From the IMG/VR virus record IMGVR_UViG_2713896789_000009: a stretch of 11,118 bases of DNA. The stretch is one strand, 5' to 3'. The notes below the pieces were generated by a model. The model saw nothing but the letters and a program-made list of their open reading frames with translations, was not told where the DNA came from and ran no database searches. The position numbers and the translations under genes were made by a program. Positions 6,730 to 11,118 of this stretch are shown piece after piece. This stretch comes from a virus. Its lineage: Duplodnaviria; Heunggongvirae; Uroviricota; Caudoviricetes. Position 1 is the stretch's first letter. Each line of letters starts with the position of its first letter.

Positions 6730-6910
6730 AACAACATACCAACCCACCCCGCCCCACAGAACGCAGGGAAATACTTCGAGTTACCCGGCAGTGGTCAGGG
6801 GTTAAGTAGCCAGCCCGAGGCGTAAGAACATGACGGCAGGGTTCAACTTTAATAACTATGCAGCAGGTTTTTGTTCCGCTACCCCGGCGTTAAGGGGAAA
6901 TGAGGTCAGC

Positions 6911-7066
6911 ATGGATACTATCGATCTTGGCAACAGCGAATCTCTGGTATGTGGCGTGTTCCCCAACCAGGACGGTACGTTCACCGCGATGACGTATACC
7001 AAAAGCAAAACGTTTAAAACCGAAAATGGTGCCCGTCGCTGGCTGGAAAGAAACTCAGGTGAGTGA
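6911..7066 (+). CDS. ydfA: Small prophage protein (51 aa), positional and size equivalent of Qin YdfA / Rac YdaF
   Basis: The ATG at 6911 is preceded by GAGG. First gene after the PL-like promoter. Its 51-aa length and its position before 42- and 72-aa ORFs, DicF and DicB match the Qin dicB operon. The ORF track's upstream start at 6830 is unlikely. Confidence 0.55.
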   Translation: MDTIDLGNSESLVCGVFPNQDGTFTAMTYTKSKTFKTENGARRWLERNSGE

Positions 7067-7067
7067 T

Positions 7068-7196
7068 ATGGATTTCAACACAATCATGGAAAAGGCTTAC
7101 GAAGAATACTTCGAAGGCCTTGCCGAAGGCGAAGAAGCCCTCAGCTTCAGTGAGTTTAAACAGGCGCTTTCCAGTTCGGCAAAATCTAACGGCTGA
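7068..7196 (+). CDS. ydfB: Small acidic prophage protein (42 aa), YdfB-like
   Basis: ORF MDFNTIMEKAYEEYFEGLAEGEEALSFSEFKQALSSSAKSNG, found by manual translation and absent from the ORF track because it is under the length cutoff. Its ATG is 1 nt after the previous stop. Size and position match ydfB. Confidence 0.5.
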   Translation: MDFNTIMEKAYEEYFEGLAEGEEALSFSEFKQALSSSAKSNG

Positions 7197-7225
7197 TAAG
7201 CGAAACAGCACCGCGAGGAATCAGT

Positions 7226-7444
7226 ATGCAGAAACGAGAACCCGTCATCATCGCGCCAGACTATACCGATGATGAACTTTATGAGTGGATGCACCAGAAA
7301 ATTAAGGCTGCGCAGGACCTGAAATGGGCCAATGAAGCCAGGGCTAAGCAGGCTGAAAATCTGTCCGCTCTGGAGCAGGATATCACCAGGCTGGAAAAAG
7401 CAGCGGCATTAAGCATTGCCAGAATGATTACATACCCGCGTTAA
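7226..7444 (+). CDS. ydfC: Small prophage protein (72 aa), YdfC-like
   Basis: ORF with a GAGGA SD upstream. Its 72-aa size and third position in the operon match ydfC. Confidence 0.5.
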   Translation: MQKREPVIIAPDYTDDELYEWMHQKIKAAQDLKWANEARAKQAENLSALEQDITRLEKAAALSIARMITYPR

Positions 7445-7466
7445 TAGCTAACCAACGAGGCTAATA

Positions 7467-7841
7467 ATGGAATTTAAAGATTTACCAATGCCATTCCAGG
7501 AAATGGCAGCGAATGTGGTTCGCTCTCAACTGGCGACTCTTGACCTGAGTACCGTAGAAAAAGAAACCATCGACAATATATCTGGTAACGTACGCCGAGC
7601 CTTTATCGGGCTGTACGAAGAGAAGCAGCTCTCTGATAACCAGGATTTACATGAAAAATACTTTCTGGAATTAATGGACATCATTAATAAAGGATTTGGC
7701 TTGTTAATGAAAAAGAAAGGGATTCGAATAGCTCCCCTTGAAAATCATTTTACAGCAAGCAGTATTAATTCCTGTGATTTAAAGCATCACACATCCGATG
7801 GGAAAGTTGAATCAAACAACAAAATATCAATTAATCATTAA
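7467..7841 (+). CDS. Hypothetical protein (124 aa), AT-rich extra gene between the ydfC-like ORF and DicF
   Basis: ORF with a GAGG SD. Its composition is AT-richer than neighbouring genes. No motif recognised. Confidence 0.5.
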   Translation: MEFKDLPMPFQEMAANVVRSQLATLDLSTVEKETIDNISGNVRRAFIGLYEEKQLSDNQDLHEKYFLELMDIINKGFGLLMKKKGIRIAPLENHFTASSINSCDLKHHTSDGKVESNNKISINH

Positions 7842-8146
7842 TTTATTCACAGGTGAGGTAGAGTGCGTGCGCCGGACACGGATAAGAATCCGGCACTGAC
7901 AGTTTACTGAAAAGGATATATCCCTGAAAAGTCAGGGCATAACACGAAAGCGCCCGGAGAAGTTAGTCTCTCTGTATAGGTCGTCGTTAAATTTAATTCG
8001 ATCGTGCGCTTCCGGTTGTGGCAATCCGCGAAATGGCGCGGCGGTAAGTATGGCGGGGTTATTCCTTCCCCCGTTGAGGACACCGGGTTGTCAGGTTGAC
8101 CATACGCTTAAGTGACAACTCCGCTGCAACGCCCTCTGTTATCAAT

Positions 8147-8194
8147 TTTCTGGTGACTTTTGGCGGTATCAGTTTTACTCCGTGACTGCTCTGC
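8147..8194 (+). ncRNA. dicF: DicF small regulatory RNA (ftsZ-targeting, Hfq-dependent sRNA of Qin-type prophages)
   Basis: The sequence tttctggtgacttttggcggtatcagttttactccgtgactgctctgccgcccttttt is nearly identical to the DicF sequence I recall. It ends in a GC stem plus T-run and sits in the expected position just upstream of dicB. Confidence 0.75.
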
Positions 8195-8373
8195 CGCCCT
8201 TTTTAAAGTGAATTTTGTGATGTGGTGAATGCGGCTGAGCGCACGCGGAACAGTTAAAACCAAAAACAGTGTTATGGGTGGATTCTCTTTATCCGGCGTT
8301 AATTGTTAACTGGTTAACGTCACCTGGAGGCACCAGGCACTGCATCACAAAATTCATTGTTGAGGACGCGATA

Positions 8374-8562
8374 ATGGAAACGTTATTACCAAACGTTAAT
8401 ACGTCTGAAGGTTGTTTTGATATTGGTGTTCTGCTCAGTAACCGGGAGTTTACTGAAGATGCCATTAATATGAGGAAATATGAGCCTTATCTGCTCAATG
8501 ATAATTCCATACTTTCCCGAATTGCTCTTCTTGAACTTGGTATTTTCGGAGAACGTCAATGA
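8374..8562 (+). CDS. dicB: DicB-like cell-division inhibitor (62 aa)
   Basis: Begins METLLPNVNTSEGCF, matching the DicB N-terminus as I recall it. GAGGA SD 7 nt upstream. The ORF track's start at 8269 is an upstream extension without an SD. Confidence 0.7.
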   Translation: METLLPNVNTSEGCFDIGVLLSNREFTEDAINMRKYEPYLLNDNSILSRIALLELGIFGERQ

Positions 8563-8747
8563 CTTCAGCATTTGCACTGATGATGACGGTTTTTCTTATA
8601 ACGGGTGAATCACAGAATGTGATTACCGGAATTTATGCAAGTAAAGAATCCTGCCTCCAGGCAAGAGACGAGCAAAAAATTTCTGGTGAATGCCTCCCGC
8701 TAAAAAAAGTATCGCTGTACCTGAATAACGAAACACCGGCTGGATAA
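8559..8747 (+). CDS. ydfD: YdfD-like small protein with a hydrophobic N-terminal segment (62 aa); possible lysis or membrane protein
   Basis: ATGA overlap with the dicB-like stop. N-terminal hydrophobic stretch (FALMMTVFLITG). Size and position match ydfD. Confidence 0.55.
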   Translation: MTSAFALMMTVFLITGESQNVITGIYASKESCLQARDEQKISGECLPLKKVSLYLNNETPAG

Positions 8748-8842
8748 CCCTCCAGCCATATTAACACCATACCAACGGATTAAAAATGCCAGCAATGGCA
8801 GGGATTCGTTCACCCTGAAATCTGTAATGAGGTTAAAACAAA

Positions 8843-11118
8843 ATGAGTAAGGTCTTTATTTGCGCTGCTATTCCTGATGAACAGGCCATAAAAGAAGATA
8901 GCGCTGTTGCGGTGGCCACTGCCATTGAAGCTGGTGATGAGCGTCGCGCACGCGCAAAATTTCATTGGCAATTTCTGGAGCAATTCCCTGCAGCTCAGGA
9001 CTGCGCTTATAAATTTATTGTCTGTGAGGATAAACCCGGCATACCCCGCCCTGCCCTCGATTCCTGGGATGCTGAATATATGCAGGAAAACCGCTGGGAT
9101 GAGGCGTCTGCTTCCTTTGTCCCGGTTGAGACTGAATCCGATCCGATGAACGTCACTTTTGACAAGCTGGCCCCTGAAGTACAGAACGCTGTCATGGTTA
9201 AGTTCGACACATGTGAAAACATCACCGTTGATATGGTTATTAGCGCACAGGAATTGTTGCAGGAAGACATGGCAACATTCGACGGACATATCGTTGAAGC
9301 GTTGATGAAAATGCCAGAAGTTAACGCCATGTATCCGGAGCTTAAGCTGCATGCCATCGGGTGGGTTAAGCATAAATGTAAGCCTGGTGCCAAATGGCCC
9401 GAAATTCAGGCAGAGATGCGCATCTGGAAAAAACGTCGCGAAGGTGAACGCAANNNNNNNNNNNNNNNNNNNNNNNNNNNNNNNNNNNNNNNNNNNNNNN
9501 NNNATCGCGAATACAAGCAGACATGGAAAACACTGGATGACGAACTGGCCTACGCTCTCTGGCCTGGTGATGTGGATGCCGGAAACATTGACGGCAGCAT
9601 CCATCGCTGGGCAAAAAATGAAGTTATCGACAACGACCGCGAAGACTGGAAGCGTATCTCGGCATCAATGCGCAAACAGCCTGATGCCCTTCGCTACGAC
9701 CGCCAGACTATTTTTGGCCTTGTCCGTGAACGTCCGATCGACATTCACAAAGACCCTGTGGCACTGAACAAATACATTACTGAATACCTGACTACAAAGG
9801 GCGTGTTTGAAGATGAAGGAAGAAATCAGAGCGCAACTGATACTCTCTCGTCGCCAGTACCAGAAACTGATGCAGTGGAAACGGCAATTCCGGACAACGA
9901 AAAAACCGAATGCAAAGTGGAAGTCGAACCATCTGTAGAGCGTGAGGGGCCGTTCTACTTCCTCTTCACCGACAAGGATGGCGAAAAATACGGTCGCGCA
10001 AACAAACTTTCTGGTCTGGAAAAAGCACTAGCCTTGGGAGCTACGGAAATCACAAAAGAGGAATACTTCGCACGTAAAAACGGCACGTACTCAGGTTCAC
10101 AACAAAATACTGGTGCATCTGACACGACCGCACAACCAGAGCCGGTAAAAGTTACCGCTGACGAAGTAAACAAAATTATGCAGGCAGCCAATATCAGCCA
10201 GCCTGACGCCGATAAGTTGCTTGCTGCATCACGTGGTGAATTTGTTGAAGGGATTAGTGACCCGAATGATCCGAAATGGGTTAAGGGGCTCCAGACCCGC
10301 GATTCTGTGAACCAGAACCAGCATGAATCGGAACGGAACTACCAAAAAGCGGAACAAAACAGTCCAAATGCGTTACAAAACGAGCCAGAAACGAAACAGC
10401 CTGAACCAGTAGCGCAACAGGAAGTGGAAAAAGTCTGCACCGCCTGCGGTCAGACCGGCGGCGGCAACTGCCCTGATTGTGGCGCGGTGATGGGCGACGC
10501 AACATACCAAGAAACATTCGATGAAGAGTATCAGGTTGAAGTTCAGGAAGATGATCCGGAGGAAATGGAAGGCGCTGAACATCCACACAAGGAGAACACT
10601 GGCGGCAATCAGCATCACAATAGCGATAATGAAACTGGCGAGACGGCAGATCACCCAATTAAGGTGAACGGTCATCACGAAATCACATCCACCAGCAGGA
10701 CGTGTGACCATCTAATGATCGACCTTGAAACCATGGGAAAAAATCCTGATGCCCCGATCATCTCAATAGGTGCAATATTTTTCGATCCGCAAACCGGAGA
10801 TATGGGACCGGAATTTAGTAAGACTATCGATCTGGAAACTGCTGGCGGAGTCATTGATCGGGACACCATTAAATGGTGGCTTAAGCAATCACGCGAAGCG
10901 CAATCTGCCATTATGACCGATGAAATCCCGTTAGATGATGCACTGTTACAATTGCGAGAATTTATCGACGAAAACTCCGGTGAATTTTTTGTTCAGGTTT
11001 GGGGAAATGGAGCCAACTTCGACAACACGATTTTGCGCCGTTCATACGAACGGCAGGGGATCCCCTGCCCGTGGCGTTACTACAACGATCGCGATGTACG
11101 CACAATCGTTGAGCTGGG
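8843..11118 (+). CDS. Large prophage exonuclease in the ydfE/RecE position (RecE-like central region, Cys4 zinc ribbon, C-terminal DnaQ-like DEDD 3'-5' exonuclease motifs); 3'-partial and interrupted by an N gap
   Basis: Single open frame from the ATG at 8843 to the window end with no stop, the frame being maintained across the 50-N run. Contains KLLAASRGEFVEGISDPNDPKWVKG (resembles RecE as I recall), CTACG...CPDCG, and IDLETMG plus GNGANFDNTIL (Exo I and Exo II motifs). Absent from the ORF track because it has no stop in the window. Confidence 0.75.
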   Translation, partial: MSKVFICAAIPDEQAIKEDSAVAVATAIEAGDERRARAKFHWQFLEQFPAAQDCAYKFIVCEDKPGIPRPALDSWDAEYMQENRWDEASASFVPVETESDPMNVTFDKLAPEVQNAVMVKFDTCENITVDMVISAQELLQEDMATFDGHIVEALMKMPEVNAMYPELKLHAIGWVKHKCKPGAKWPEIQAEMRIWKKRREGERXXXXXXXXXXXXXXXXXXREYKQTWKTLDDELAYALWPGDVDAGNIDGSIHRWAKNEVIDNDREDWKRISASMRKQPDALRYDRQTIFGLVRERPIDIHKDPVALNKYITEYLTTKGVFEDEGRNQSATDTLSSPVPETDAVETAIPDNEKTECKVEVEPSVEREGPFYFLFTDKDGEKYGRANKLSGLEKALALGATEITKEEYFARKNGTYSGSQQNTGASDTTAQPEPVKVTADEVNKIMQAANISQPDADKLLAASRGEFVEGISDPNDPKWVKGLQTRDSVNQNQHESERNYQKAEQNSPNALQNEPETKQPEPVAQQEVEKVCTACGQTGGGNCPDCGAVMGDATYQETFDEEYQVEVQEDDPEEMEGAEHPHKENTGGNQHHNSDNETGETADHPIKVNGHHEITSTSRTCDHLMIDLETMGKNPDAPIISIGAIFFDPQTGDMGPEFSKTIDLETAGGVIDRDTIKWWLKQSREAQSAIMTDEIPLDDALLQLREFIDENSGEFFVQVWGNGANFDNTILRRSYERQGIPCPWRYYNDRDVRTIVEL
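9454..9503. other. Run of 50 N (assembly gap or masked bases) inside the exonuclease gene
   Basis: Literal n characters in the sequence. Confidence 0.95.

Noticed and set aside
6640-6910. A lambda N-like antiterminator gene after the PL-like promoter
   Set aside because: No Arg-rich N-like ORF is present. The first genes are small ydfA/ydfB/ydfC-like ORFs, consistent with a Qin/Rac-type rather than lambda-type left operon.
7014-7294. ORFs 7014..7211 (-), 7063..7272 (+) and 7097..7294 (-)
   Set aside because: They overlap the short ydfB-like ORF (7068..7196), which has the proper start context and operon position. The translations are low-complexity and Arg/Ser-rich, typical of wrong frames.
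8269-8373. Extended DicB start at 8269
   Set aside because: It has no SD, and the extension begins within the spacer downstream of DicF. The ATG at 8374 has a GAGGA SD and gives the expected 62-aa product.
8810-9614. Minus-strand ORFs in the track (8810..9604, 9007..9393, 9366..9614) and the plus-strand ORF 9351..9767
   Set aside because: They are antisense or out of frame relative to a much longer continuous plus-strand exonuclease frame (8843 to the window end), and two span the N gap as poly-X. Treated as spurious.
9955-10911. Minus-strand ORFs 9955..10191, 10281..10658, 10373..10711 and 10675..10911
   Set aside because: All lie antisense within the exonuclease coding region, with no SD and no recognisable protein features. 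The Cys-rich 10281..10658 translation is an artefact of the GC-rich antisense strand.
1-11118. Integrase, attachment sites, tRNA genes, IS elements
   Set aside because: No recombinase-like ORF, tRNA-like structure or terminal inverted repeats were found. The window appears to be entirely internal to the prophage.

Overview
This window lies inside a lambdoid (Qin/Rac-like) prophage of an enterobacterium; all calls are from reading the sequence and recalled protein families, with no database search run. Layout: (i) the 5' end of a Hok-family toxin gene running off the left edge (1-84, minus); (ii) a visibly AT-rich, translationally coupled three-gene cassette on the plus strand (431-2581) whose last protein carries a PD-(D/E)xK-type nuclease motif, which I could not assign to any named system and consider the best candidate for an undescribed defence or abortive-infection module; (iii) a Q-family antiterminator converging on it (2578-3099, minus); (iv) a minus-strand early-right operon of Cro-like, YdaT/CII-like and O-like replication initiator (with internal ori iterons) plus three small hypothetical genes; (v) a divergent lambda-cI-type repressor (HTH plus S24 peptidase domain) in which the expected catalytic serine codon reads alanine; (vi) a plus-strand early-left operon matching the Qin dicB operon in order and sizes (ydfA-, ydfB-, ydfC-like ORFs, one extra ORF, DicF sRNA, DicB-like, YdfD-like); (vii) a large exonuclease gene in the ydfE/RecE position that contains a 50-N gap and runs off the right edge. 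Three copies of a GGTAAC-N4-GTTAC palindrome mark likely operators. No tRNA, rRNA, CRISPR array, IS element or integrase was seen.
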